This document shows positions 19,012 through 28,707 of a DNA stretch of 64,000 nt, piece after piece; position 1 is the stretch's first letter; each line of letters opens with the position of its first letter. Origin of the DNA: Gemmatimonadales bacterium. GTDB taxonomy: Bacteria > Gemmatimonadota > Gemmatimonadetes > Gemmatimonadales > GWC2-71-9. The notes below the pieces were generated by a model, which did no database searches, had not been told where the DNA came from, and saw nothing but the letters and a program-made list of their open reading frames with translations. Where the stretch lies: positions 242 to 64,241 of the forward strand of contig DATBLR010000092.1 in NCBI GenBank assembly GCA_036555275.1, written 5' to 3'. The translations under genes were made by a program, and so were the position numbers.

Positions 19012-19785
19012 ATGAACCCGCTGCTTGAACTCCCCGCCCGCCCGGTGATCGGTCATCGGGGCGCCGCTGCGTATGCTCCCGAAAACACTCTGGAGAGCTT
19101 TCGGTTGGCCATCCGCCTGGGGGCCGAGGCGCTCGAGCTCGACGTGCGCCGCTCGGCGGATGGCGAGGCGATGGTGTTTCACGACCCGACCCTCGACCGC
19201 ACTACCGATCTCTCCGGCCCGGTCGCGGCGCACACGGCCGAGGCCCTCGCGAGGGCGGACGCCGGATTTCACTTCCGCGACCACGAAGACCGGTATCCGT
19301 ATCGCGGCGCCGGGGTGCGGGTGCCGACGCTGCGCGCGCTGATCACCGAGTTCCGGGACGTGCCCCTGCTCATCGAGATCAAGGAACCGGAGATCGGGCA
19401 CGAGGTCGCCCGGATTCTGCTGGAGACCGGCGGTGCGTCCCGCGCGGTGGTGGCTGGATCGGATTGGCGGGCCCTGCGGCCGTTTCGAGGATCGCCCTTT
19501 ACCCTGGGCGCCAGCCGACGCGACATCGCCCGCGCATTCTTCGGCCTGGGCGCTCCCGACGACCGCTGCCGCTCGTACGCGGTTCCGGAACGGTACTACG
19601 GACTTCGGGTGCCCAGCCGGCGCTTCGTCGCAACGGCCCGGGCCCGCGAAAGCACCGTGCATGTCTGGACGGTAGACGATGCCCGCACCGCGATTCGCCT
19701 CTGGCGGAACGGCGTGAATGGCATTGTCACCAATCGCCCGGATGTGATCCGCGCCGCCCGGGACGCGGCGATGAATCCCCTCTGA
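19012..19785 (+). CDS. glycerophosphodiester phosphodiesterase
   Basis: IGHRG, PENT, ELDV, FHD, WTVD, GIVTNRP. Confidence 0.93.
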   Translation: MNPLLELPARPVIGHRGAAAYAPENTLESFRLAIRLGAEALELDVRRSADGEAMVFHDPTLDRTTDLSGPVAAHTAEALARADAGFHFRDHEDRYPYRGAGVRVPTLRALITEFRDVPLLIEIKEPEIGHEVARILLETGGASRAVVAGSDWRALRPFRGSPFTLGASRRDIARAFFGLGAPDDRCRSYAVPERYYGLRVPSRRFVATARARESTVHVWTVDDARTAIRLWRNGVNGIVTNRPDVIRAARDAAMNPL

Positions 19786-19809
19786 CCCGACGCGAGCGGC
19801 GCGGAGCGA

Positions 19810-20601
19810 TCACGCGCGCTCCGCCTGCCTCCGCACCGCGCGCACGAAATTGAGCTTGGAGTACTCTCCCCCCGAGGCATAGCCGACAACTCCCTCCCGT
19901 CCAAGGACCCGGTCCCGGATCCTGCGGTCGGTCCATCCCTCCCTGACCAATCGTTCAATCGACGTAACCATTTCCTCCACCCAGTCCGCCTTGGCGCGGA
20001 GCGCCTGGGCCGCGCCGCGCACCAGCCCGCGGTGGGCATCGAACAGCCGTACCGGGTCCCGCGCCGCGATCCGGCGCAGGGTCTCGACCTGCCGACGGGG
20101 GTCTTCCGCCGGATGAGCGACGCGGACCCGCACGCCGAGAAAGAGATCGCCCCCGACCAGCGTGCGGGTCGGAGGATCGAACACCACGTGGTGGTCGGGG
20201 CTATGGCCGGGCGTCGGAATGATCTCGAGATCGTCCGGCTCGAACGGTCGCACCACGGATAGAAGGGGAGGTGGAGCGCCCCACGTGAACCGACGGTACG
20301 GCCGGATGGCGGGGGGACGCGTCAGCCGCTCGCGGGTGAGCGGGGCAAGCCAGAGCGGCACGCCCCGGCGCGCCATGCGCTCGACGTTCCCGGCGTGGTC
20401 TTCGTGGGCGTGGGTGACGACGACCCCCCGGACCGTCTGCGTATCGAGCCAGCGCTCCAGCGCCGGCCCCACCTGAGGGAAGGCGGTGTCCACCAGAACC
20501 CCGCGGATGACGTACGCACTGACCGCAAAGCCGGCCAGCCGGCTTCGCCAGGTGGAGCAGAGGAGCTCGGTGACATCCCCATGGCCAATGACCCTGATCA
20601 T
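19810..20601 (-). CDS. MBL-fold metallo-hydrolase
   Basis: THAHEDHAG, TPGHSPDH, GGD, DAH. Confidence 0.9.
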   Translation of the reverse strand: MIRVIGHGDVTELLCSTWRSRLAGFAVSAYVIRGVLVDTAFPQVGPALERWLDTQTVRGVVVTHAHEDHAGNVERMARRGVPLWLAPLTRERLTRPPAIRPYRRFTWGAPPPLLSVVRPFEPDDLEIIPTPGHSPDHHVVFDPPTRTLVGGDLFLGVRVRVAHPAEDPRRQVETLRRIAARDPVRLFDAHRGLVRGAAQALRAKADWVEEMVTSIERLVREGWTDRRIRDRVLGREGVVGYASGGEYSKLNFVRAVRRQAERA

Positions 20602-20616
20602 CGCCGGCGCGGAACA

Positions 20617-20648
20617 GGCTGTCAGCTGACAGCTGTCAGCTGACAGCC
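20617..20648. repeat. perfect 32-bp palindrome of heptamer units (GCTGACA/TGTCAGC)
   Basis: ggctgtcagctgacagctgtcagctgacagcc equals its own reverse complement. Confidence 0.9.
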
Positions 20649-20665
20649 ATGAGCAGCCACCGCCC

Positions 20666-21103
20666 TCACCTTCCCGCCGTCGCCATGCACTCGATCTCCA
20701 CCCGGGCGCCCAGCGCCAGGCCACTGCCCGCGACGGTCGAACGGGCCGGCGGGTCACGGGGGAAGTAGCTCGAGTAGACCTCGTTCATCGCCGAGTACTC
20801 GCCGATGTCGGCCAGGAAGACCGTGCACTTGAACACGCGATCGAGCGAGCTGCCCGCTGCCGCCAGGACGGTCCCGACGTTGTCCAGCGCCTGCCGGGTC
20901 TCCGGCCCGATGCCTCCCGGGACGACCTCCCGGGTCCCGATGCGATTGCCGATCTGCCCCGACAGATAGATCACGTTCCCGACCTTCACGGCCGAGGAGA
21001 ACGGCAATCCCTGGACGGCGCCCGGAACCCGGAGCACCTCCTTCTCCTGGGCCGCCAGCGCCGGGACCGTCATGAGGCAGATCAGACCGAGCATCCGTCG
21101 CAT
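20666..21103 (-). CDS. RidA/YjgF family protein with N-terminal signal peptide
   Basis: YLSGQIG, MNEVY..YF..PPARST, VEIE; leader MRRMLGLICLMTVPALAA-Q. Confidence 0.88.
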   Translation of the reverse strand: MRRMLGLICLMTVPALAAQEKEVLRVPGAVQGLPFSSAVKVGNVIYLSGQIGNRIGTREVVPGGIGPETRQALDNVGTVLAAAGSSLDRVFKCTVFLADIGEYSAMNEVYSSYFPRDPPARSTVAGSGLALGARVEIECMATAGR

Positions 21104-21117
21104 CAGTTCCTCCTGGT

Positions 21118-23790
21118 TCAGGTCCATTCCACGAGGACCGACTTCAGCCCTCGGGGTCCCACGACGAGGGGAATACACCGACCCTCGTCCTCTAGCGGGA
21201 GATCGGCTACCGGAGTTTCATCCGCGCGCACCTCCGTTGCCCGACCCACACGCCGCCGGAACCGCAGGCAGCCGCGCGACACCGCCGGACGCAGGTTGTA
21301 GCAGCGGGCCACCGTTCCAGCAGTGCTCTCTGCCGGCTTGAGCGCGGAGAGCTGCAGTCCATCCCCTTCCAGGGTGCAACCGATCGCTTCGATCAGCGGT
21401 GCGCCGGCCTGATGATAGTCCCGGATCCACCGGGCGACCGGCGGCACAAAGATGTCCTCCCAAAGCTGCTCCAGCCGGGCCGGTTCAGCGATGTCCTCGG
21501 CCCGGACCAGCGCCAGGCCCAGCTCGACCTGCCCCTGGCCCATGCACTGGGCCTCCGGGGTCGCCGTTGGCCAGCCGGCGTGGCCGGGGCGGGTGCGCAG
21601 ATCGGCTTTGGAGAGCTGCCCCACCGCGCGCAGCAGGGTGATCATGAGTTCGCCACGGGAGTTCCACTCATATTCGAAGAATCCCGGGGCGAACACCGCG
21701 AGCCCGTAGCCTGTGCTCGCTGCCGCGACGAAGCGGTGAGCCGGCGCCGTTGGCACCGGGCTCTCCAGCCGCTGTGGGCCGCTCACCCGCGACGGCGGGG
21801 GCCGCCCCACTACGCCGAACTGAGCACCGGCCAGGATGGGCGTCCGCGCGAGGCCGGTCGGCAGCCGGAGCCGCAGCCGGTGATCCTGAGCCTGATTGTC
21901 GAGCGCAAGACGCAGGCGGAGGGCCTGAGAATCACCGATGGCCTCCGCCTGACAGTGTGCCGTGACGATGCCCGCCCGTCCCCCGATACCCGCTCCGGCA
22001 CGTAACACCAGCCGCCACTCGAGCGTGGCCAGGTACGGCCCGGAGGCCGTGACCCTGGGACGGCCGGAGAGCCGCCCTCGACGCACCCGGTCTCCCGGCG
22101 CCGGGCAGAAGCTGTAACTGTCGCCCAGGTCGCGCTCACTTTCCAGAACGAGCACCCCGCTGAAAGCCGTCGTGGTCCCTGGCACTCGCACAACTGCCCG
22201 GCCATCGCCGCCCAGCTCCAGCTTCACCTGGCTGTTCCAGACCGATCGTCCTGCGGCTCCGGCCAAGGCCGCGCCGGGCCGCGCCCTGCGAGGGTGGATC
22301 TCGAACAGCCCACCTCCGAACCCCTGCAGCGCCCGGTCTAGCGGGAATGCGATCCGCACCCGATCTACGTCGTCCAGATCCGGACAGTGCCGGCGAGCAT
22401 CGAGTCGCTCGAGACCGCGCTCCTGGACGATGATCTGGGGCACCAGCTCGGTCGGGCCGCCAACGGACCGAAGGACAAACGGCTTCATTCCCGGACCGCG
22501 CCGTGCCCGGCGGGCCCCCGGTGGGCCCACCAGAATGTCGCGGCGAAAGAAAGTCAGGTCGCAAACGACTACTCCGCCGCGCTCCCTGGCCACCGGATTC
22601 CAGAGCAGTAGGCGGGAGCCGTGGGAACCGCGTTCCCGCGCGAGGTCTGGATCATGCCCGGCCAGCTGGTCGCAGGCGTCGGCCACCACCACGTCCAGTG
22701 CCGCCTGGGCGGTGTCGAAGCGGACAGTCATGGCACGCGCCACCTGGTCGCTGCAGCAGCCGGCGATCGCATCGTGGAAGTGGCACTGGATGACCTCCCG
22801 CCATGCCTGGCGCAGGATCCCGGCGCCGGGCTCCCGTGTTGTCAGACTCACCAGAGGTTCGACCAGGCGAGTGAGCTGGAGCTCGATCAGGCTGTTACGT
22901 CGCTTGAGGGGCGCCCGTGTCCCATGCACACCCTGAAGCGCCCAGGTGTAGCCATCCGAGCGACGCTGCTCTCCGCGGAGCACAGCGAGCTCCCGCGCCT
23001 CGGCGCCAGCGGCCTGGAGAAAGTCGGCCAAGCGGGAAAACCGGAATTCCTCCCCTGCCTCGATCTTCGCCAGCCTCCCGCTCAGCTCGCCCAGATCGCG
23101 CGGTGGGGCGTGATGGTCCGCCCCAACCAGCACCGCAACATGCCGGGTCGCCGCCCGAGGGAGCACCTGGCCGGCGACGCGCTGCCACGCCGCAGCCAGC
23201 CGCTCCTCCGGAACCAGTAGGCCCGAACCGATCTCGTACCCGTCCGGCGGCAGGTGATAGACCAGCAGCCGGCGACTGTCCGGCCCGCTCCACCAGGCCA
23301 GATCCCGATTGTCCATCGCGGCGGGGCTCACGCCCCGCCACAGCACTCCGCTGGCCATGCCGAACTCTGCCCCCAGTTGGGGCAAGCAGCCGGGATGGCC
23401 AAAAGCGTCCGGTGAGTAGAGTACCGAAGCCGCGCCGCCGAATCGCCGAGTCGCCGCGCCACCCAGCAACAGATTCCGCACCAGCGACTCGGCGCCGGGA
23501 ATCTGTTCGTCAGCCAGCACGTACCACGGTCCGATATCGAGGCGGCCCGCCTGCACCAGCCGGGCGACCTCGTCCAGCCGTTCCGGCCGGACTTCCAGGT
23601 AGTCCTCCAGCAGAATGGTCTGACCGTCCAGCAGAAAGCCGGGAAGCCGGGGATCGGCGGCCAGCTGGGCGAGGAGCCCATCCAGCGCGCCAATCAGGCG
23701 GGCGCGGAAGGCACCGAGCGGGAGGTACCACTCGCGATCCCAGTGGGTGTGCGGAATCAGGTGAACGACGCGGCGGTCCGTGGTAAGCAT
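21118..23790 (-). CDS. glycoside hydrolase family 38 (alpha-mannosidase / MngB-like)
   Basis: HTHWDREWY, LDGQ, GPWYVLADE, YSPDAFGH, CHFHDAIAGC. Confidence 0.92.
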   Translation of the reverse strand: MLTTDRRVVHLIPHTHWDREWYLPLGAFRARLIGALDGLLAQLAADPRLPGFLLDGQTILLEDYLEVRPERLDEVARLVQAGRLDIGPWYVLADEQIPGAESLVRNLLLGGAATRRFGGAASVLYSPDAFGHPGCLPQLGAEFGMASGVLWRGVSPAAMDNRDLAWWSGPDSRRLLVYHLPPDGYEIGSGLLVPEERLAAAWQRVAGQVLPRAATRHVAVLVGADHHAPPRDLGELSGRLAKIEAGEEFRFSRLADFLQAAGAEARELAVLRGEQRRSDGYTWALQGVHGTRAPLKRRNSLIELQLTRLVEPLVSLTTREPGAGILRQAWREVIQCHFHDAIAGCCSDQVARAMTVRFDTAQAALDVVVADACDQLAGHDPDLARERGSHGSRLLLWNPVARERGGVVVCDLTFFRRDILVGPPGARRARRGPGMKPFVLRSVGGPTELVPQIIVQERGLERLDARRHCPDLDDVDRVRIAFPLDRALQGFGGGLFEIHPRRARPGAALAGAAGRSVWNSQVKLELGGDGRAVVRVPGTTTAFSGVLVLESERDLGDSYSFCPAPGDRVRRGRLSGRPRVTASGPYLATLEWRLVLRAGAGIGGRAGIVTAHCQAEAIGDSQALRLRLALDNQAQDHRLRLRLPTGLARTPILAGAQFGVVGRPPPSRVSGPQRLESPVPTAPAHRFVAAASTGYGLAVFAPGFFEYEWNSRGELMITLLRAVGQLSKADLRTRPGHAGWPTATPEAQCMGQGQVELGLALVRAEDIAEPARLEQLWEDIFVPPVARWIRDYHQAGAPLIEAIGCTLEGDGLQLSALKPAESTAGTVARCYNLRPAVSRGCLRFRRRVGRATEVRADETPVADLPLEDEGRCIPLVVGPRGLKSVLVEWT

Positions 23791-23879
23791 GGCTACGCGC
23801 CCGGCCTGTGCAGCGCCCTTTCCCCGGTCCCCGGCGGATGGCATCTTTGGGTCGGGCATCCAACCCGAGGCGGAAGGCT

Positions 23880-25037
23880 GTGACGACGATCGCTTGGAAA
23901 CCCCGCGAGCTTCCCACCCACGGGCAGCTGACCCTGCCTCGCCGGTATTTCACCGCGCCGGACATCCTCGCCGAGGAAATGGAGCGGATCTTCACGAGGC
24001 AATGGCTGTGCGTGGATCGGGAGGAACGCGTCGCCCGCCCGGGTGATTACTTCCTCCTGGATGTTGCCGGCGAGAGCCTGATCATCTTGCGAGACCAGCA
24101 GGGCGTGGTCCGGGGCTTCCACAACGTGTGCCGCCACCGCGGCAGCCGGCTGTGCGAGGAGCACCAGGGCCAATTCTCCGAGACCATCCAGTGCCCGTAT
24201 CACGCCTGGACCTACGCGCTGGACGGTCGGCTCATCGGGGCGCCGGCCACCAATGATCTCGAGGGGTTTCGCAAGCAGGACTGGTCGCTGCATCAAGTCC
24301 CGGTCGCCCTGTGGGAAGGCTTCATCTTCATCACGCTCGCGAACGACCCTGTGCCGTTCGCCGAGAGCCGGGCTCCGCTGCTTGGCCGGTTCACCCGGTT
24401 CAACCTGCCGCATCTCCGGCGCGGACGCACCATCGAGTATGACATCCGTGCCAACTGGAAGCTCATCGTCCAGAACTACTCCGAGTGCTATCACTGCGCC
24501 TTGGTCCACCCCACCCTCACCAAGCGGACACCGCCCACCCAGGGTGAGAACGACCTGGTCGATGGGGCGGTGCTTGGCGGCTACATGATCCTCGCCGAGG
24601 GGGCGGACAGCATGACGATGTCGGGACGGGTGTGCGGCCTCCCGGTGGATCCGGCCCTGCCCGTGGAGGATCACAAGCGGGTCTACTACTACTCGATCAT
24701 GCCGAACATGCTGCTGAGCCTGCACCCGGACTATGTGATGTTTCATGTCCTGTGGCCGGTGGCGGTGGACCGCACCCGGATCTCCTGCAGCTGGTTGTTC
24801 AATCCGGCCTCGCTGGAGGATCCCGCCTTCAATATTGACGATGGGATCGGGTTCTGGGACATGACCAACCGCGAAGACTGGCACGTCTGCGAGCTGAGCC
24901 AGGCAGGCATCACCTCCCGTGCCTACACCCCGGGGCCCTACTCGCGCCGGGAGACGATCTCTGCCGCGTTCGATCGGGACTATCTCCGCGCCATGGGGCA
25001 CCCGGTCAGCACGATCTTTCCCGATCCCAACGGCTGA
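23880..25037 (+). CDS. Rieske non-heme iron oxygenase alpha subunit (GbcA/choline monooxygenase-like)
   Basis: GTG start; NVCRHRG...CPYHAW, NWK...NYSECYHC...H, NREDW. Confidence 0.9.
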   Translation: MTTIAWKPRELPTHGQLTLPRRYFTAPDILAEEMERIFTRQWLCVDREERVARPGDYFLLDVAGESLIILRDQQGVVRGFHNVCRHRGSRLCEEHQGQFSETIQCPYHAWTYALDGRLIGAPATNDLEGFRKQDWSLHQVPVALWEGFIFITLANDPVPFAESRAPLLGRFTRFNLPHLRRGRTIEYDIRANWKLIVQNYSECYHCALVHPTLTKRTPPTQGENDLVDGAVLGGYMILAEGADSMTMSGRVCGLPVDPALPVEDHKRVYYYSIMPNMLLSLHPDYVMFHVLWPVAVDRTRISCSWLFNPASLEDPAFNIDDGIGFWDMTNREDWHVCELSQAGITSRAYTPGPYSRRETISAAFDRDYLRAMGHPVSTIFPDPNG

Positions 25038-25038
25038 A

Positions 25039-25150
25039 TAGCTATCGGCTATCGGCTCCCGACCATTCCGACCCAGCGGTACCTCGCAGCCCGGTACTCA
25101 CTGGGCCGATAGCTGATCGGCTAACGGCTGATAGCTGATAGCTGATAGCC
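25039..25150. repeat. inverted heptamer element (TATCGGC / GCTGATA) between convergent genes
   Basis: tagctatcggctatcggc ... gccgata gctgatc ggctaacg gctgata gctgata gctgata. Confidence 0.8.
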
Positions 25151-25152
25151 GC

Positions 25153-26475
25153 TTACAACACCCCCCGTCGCTTGAGCCGGTTGTACTGATCGACCACGGC
25201 GGTGCTCGCGCCGCTCGGGAGCACGTCAAGCACCAGCACCCCTCGGCTACGCATTTCCACGAGCGCGGCCTCCCGCGACTGCAGCAGCTCCTCCGCCGCG
25301 GCTCGTTCGAACGCCGCCCCCGCCGTTGCCGGCCGAGCCGTCGCCAGGTGCTCGAGCGAGGGATCCCGGAGCGTCACCGCCAGCGGGAGGTGCCGGGGCC
25401 GGAGGGTTCCTACCTGCGCCACCAGCGCTTCGCTCGCGGTGCGGTCAATCACGTCGGTAAACAGCACCGTGAGGGCCCGCTTCCGATTCCTGGCCGCCAG
25501 ATAGGCGAACGCCGCCGGGTAGTTCGGCTCCACCAGCGTCCCCTCGATGGCCGCCAGTGCCTCCAGCACGCCGCGCAACGCCCGGCGCCCGCGGGCCGGA
25601 GCAAGGAACTGCTGTACCTGATCGGCAAACACCATGAGGCCGATGTTGTCGTCGTGATCCACCGCGCTGTGCGCCAGGTGCAGCGCCGCCTCCACCACCG
25701 CCTCCAGACGGGGACGGCCGTCCACCTCCGCCGTCAACATCCGTCCGGCATCGATGACGAGTAGCACCTGCTGGCGCCGTTCGTCCTCGTACTGCCGCGC
25801 CATGATCTTGCCCCGGCGGGCGGTAGCCTTCCAGTCAATGGTCCGGGTGTCCTCCCCGGGGACCCATTCCTTGAGGCTCTCGAACATCCGCCCCTCGCCG
25901 ATTCGGCGAATGCTGCGGAACCCCGCCTCACGACGCCGTTGGGCCCGGGTCGGCAGCGACCGCAGCGAAGCCCCCACCAGGTTGGGATACACCACGGCAC
26001 TCCACGGAAGTTCGCGCCTCGCCTGCCGCCAGCAGAGTCCCCACTCGCCCAGCATCCTGAGATGCAGGGTACCGCCGGTCCCCTTGCCCCGTCGCTGTGG
26101 CCTGAGCATTACCTCCTCGCCGAGCGGGGACCTGGGCGGGAGCCGCAGACGGCGCTCCGTCGGGCCCACCGGGACGAGCGGGTCGGGGAGGACTTCGCGT
26201 ACCCGAAGGGTCACAGCGCGGCGGGTCGGGCTGGTCCAACGATACATGACGGGTAGCGACCGACCAACCGAGAAGGCCGGCGGAGCTTCCCTGGCAATCT
26301 CGAGCGCGGCCAGGTCCACCCCGGCGAGCCGCCAGGCGTCGATCGCGAGCGCGAGCAGCCACACCAGGTCGGCCGCGAGCAGGATCAGCGCCGCGCCGGG
26401 CCACACCAGCGCCAGGAGAGCGATGCCGGCGAGCAGCCCGGCGACGACGTACCAGCGACGGTCGGGAAGCAACAT
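25153..26475 (-). CDS. DUF58 domain protein
   Basis: FESLKEWVPGED.R.IDWKATAR, RQYEDER, vWA-like IDAGRM. Confidence 0.9.
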   Translation of the reverse strand: MLLPDRRWYVVAGLLAGIALLALVWPGAALILLAADLVWLLALAIDAWRLAGVDLAALEIAREAPPAFSVGRSLPVMYRWTSPTRRAVTLRVREVLPDPLVPVGPTERRLRLPPRSPLGEEVMLRPQRRGKGTGGTLHLRMLGEWGLCWRQARRELPWSAVVYPNLVGASLRSLPTRAQRRREAGFRSIRRIGEGRMFESLKEWVPGEDTRTIDWKATARRGKIMARQYEDERRQQVLLVIDAGRMLTAEVDGRPRLEAVVEAALHLAHSAVDHDDNIGLMVFADQVQQFLAPARGRRALRGVLEALAAIEGTLVEPNYPAAFAYLAARNRKRALTVLFTDVIDRTASEALVAQVGTLRPRHLPLAVTLRDPSLEHLATARPATAGAAFERAAAEELLQSREAALVEMRSRGVLVLDVLPSGASTAVVDQYNRLKRRGVL

Positions 26476-26509
26476 CAGTGCGGCCTCCCCCGGACGGGAT
26501 CCAGCGCCC

Positions 26510-27490
26510 TCACCGCGGCACCTCCACCCGCTCCACGATCGTGCGGAGCGCCTGGTCGGGGGTCACCCCCTCCAGCTCCAGCTCGGGGGCCACCGCGACC
26601 CGGTGGCGCAGGACCGGTGCGGCCAGGTGCTTTACGTCATCTGGGATCACGTAGTCGCGCCCATCGAGGAGCGCCGCCGCCTGGGCCAGCTTCAGCAGGG
26701 CAACGGAGGCCCGGGGGCTCGCGCCCAGGGTGAGCGCCGGGGCGTCACGGGTCGCCCGCACCAGCGCCGTGATGTACCCGATCAGCCCTGGCTCCACCCG
26801 GACTCGCCGCGCCGCAGCGCGCAGCTCAGCCAGTCCGGCGGCGTCCATCACCCGCGACACACCGAAGCTGGCCGGTTCCGCGGCTTCGAAACCTTCGAGC
26901 ACTCGGCGGAGCACACCCTGCTCCGCGGCGCTGTCGGGGTACCCGAGCAGGCTCTTGATGAGGAACCGGTCCAGCTCCGCCTCGGGGAGGGGGTAGGTCC
27001 CCTCGAACTCGATCGGGTTCTGGGTCGCGAAAACGGTGAAGCTTGCGCTGAGCGGGTGGCTGGTCCCGTCCACCGTAACGTGGCGCTCCTGCATCGCCTC
27101 CAGCAGCGCGGCCTGGGTCTTGGCGGGCGCGCGGTTGATCTCGTCTCCCAGCACCAGGTCACCGAACAGCGGTCCTGGCCGGAAGCTGAACTCCCCCTGA
27201 CTGGTCAGCAGATTCACGCCGGTGATATCGCTGGGCATCAGGTCCGGCGTGAACTGAATCCGGCGGAATTGCAGCCCCATGGCCTGACTCAGGGTGCGAA
27301 CCAGGAGCGTCTTGGCCGTGCCGGGCGCCCCCTCGAACAGCACATGGCCGCGCGCCATGAGCGCGAGCACTGTCTCACGGAGCACCGGATCCTGCCCGAG
27401 GATCACTCGACCAAGCTGCTCCAGCAGCCGCCGGCCCGCCTCGGCCTGAGTGCGGACCTGGTCTGGCGTCAGGGGCGCAGTTCCTCCCAC
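26510..27490 (-). CDS. MoxR family AAA ATPase
   Basis: EGAPGTAKT, RIQFTPDLMPSD, DEINRAPAK, YPLPEAELDRF. Confidence 0.95.
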   Translation of the reverse strand: MGGTAPLTPDQVRTQAEAGRRLLEQLGRVILGQDPVLRETVLALMARGHVLFEGAPGTAKTLLVRTLSQAMGLQFRRIQFTPDLMPSDITGVNLLTSQGEFSFRPGPLFGDLVLGDEINRAPAKTQAALLEAMQERHVTVDGTSHPLSASFTVFATQNPIEFEGTYPLPEAELDRFLIKSLLGYPDSAAEQGVLRRVLEGFEAAEPASFGVSRVMDAAGLAELRAAARRVRVEPGLIGYITALVRATRDAPALTLGASPRASVALLKLAQAAALLDGRDYVIPDDVKHLAAPVLRHRVAVAPELELEGVTPDQALRTIVERVEVPR

Positions 27491-28707
27491 ACGTCCTCCA
27501 CTGCGTTGGCGGCCCGGAGCACCGCCTCAGCGGATTGCCCGGGCCTGGTAACGGCGATGAGCGTACCGACCGCATCTGCCCCTCGGCGGCTCTGCACCTG
27601 CTCCTTCAGATGGCCCAGCCACGGGCGCCAGTCCCCGCGCGGCCGCTCTCCGGCCGGCTGCAGCCTTCGCCGCAGGCCCCCGATGATGGCTCCGATGGCC
27701 ACGTCGTGGCCGCGGGCGGCCGCGAGGGCAGTGGCCAGGGCCCGGACGTGCTCGAGGGGAGAGCGGCGTCGCCGCTCAATCACTCGCCTCGGCGGACCGA
27801 ACCGGAACGCCTGCCCCAGCAGGCTCAGGGTCCCGACCAACGTCAGCTGCCAGATGGCCCACCCCCACGGCGAGCGGCGGCTCCAGGCGAGAGTCGCGCC
27901 AGCCAGAGACCCGCCTTCTTCGAACCCATGGTGGGCTTCGTCGAACACCACCCGGTCATAGCGTCCGACCAGCAGCCCCAGTGCCCAGGGACCGGCGGCC
28001 GTCTGGCGCAGGGCCTGGTTGCGGAACAGGGCCGCATCGGCCACGAGCAGCACCGAACCTGCGGTGTCCGCCCGGGTCAGGCGAAGGCCGACCACCCGGC
28101 CCGACCCGCTCAGGAGCAGCGTGTCCACACGGGAGATCGGCGGCACCGCGCAGGTGGTCACCCCGGTATCTTCACGGCGGCTGGAGTCGCTCACCACGCT
28201 GTCGGTTGTCGCGGCGAGCACGCCCGCGACCTTGGGCCAGGGCCGTCCAGGCTCCACCACCATCGCCGCGCCACCGGCGGGCTGAACCTGGACGCTGTCG
28301 AAGTAGCGCCAGTCAACCGTGTAGCCGAAGCAGCGCATGATGGCCCGGGCGCCGGGTCCGGCCAGGACCAGATCGCCACCCCCCGCTCCCCTGGTCCAGG
28401 TCAGCAGGTGCTCGACCTCGGTCCCGCGGACCGGCTGGCTCGGGTCCAGTACCAGCAACGCCGATCCGGGCCCGCCACGGGAGCCCCCATCCAGCTCGCG
28501 GAAGTCGCGCCGGAATCGCCGTACCTCGACCCGGAGTCGCTGCAGGCCCTCGGCGAGTCCGCTCACCCCGAGTGGCCCGGTGAGAAGGCTCGAGGCGCGC
28601 GGGTCCGGGAGGACGCCACCGCCGCGTGACCGGCCAAGGCTGGTGGTAAGAATGGCGACCACCACCAGCAGGCCGAGGCCGATCGCCGCTTCAGTTCGTG
28701 CTCGCAT
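27469..28707 (-). CDS. DUF4350-like membrane protein
   Basis: N-terminal TM, VVFDEAHHG, FRFGPP, EHVRALA; typical MoxR-cluster position. Confidence 0.75.
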   Translation of the reverse strand: MRARTEAAIGLGLLVVVAILTTSLGRSRGGGVLPDPRASSLLTGPLGVSGLAEGLQRLRVEVRRFRRDFRELDGGSRGGPGSALLVLDPSQPVRGTEVEHLLTWTRGAGGGDLVLAGPGARAIMRCFGYTVDWRYFDSVQVQPAGGAAMVVEPGRPWPKVAGVLAATTDSVVSDSSRREDTGVTTCAVPPISRVDTLLLSGSGRVVGLRLTRADTAGSVLLVADAALFRNQALRQTAAGPWALGLLVGRYDRVVFDEAHHGFEEGGSLAGATLAWSRRSPWGWAIWQLTLVGTLSLLGQAFRFGPPRRVIERRRRSPLEHVRALATALAAARGHDVAIGAIIGGLRRRLQPAGERPRGDWRPWLGHLKEQVQSRRGADAVGTLIAVTRPGQSAEAVLRAANAVEDVWEELRP

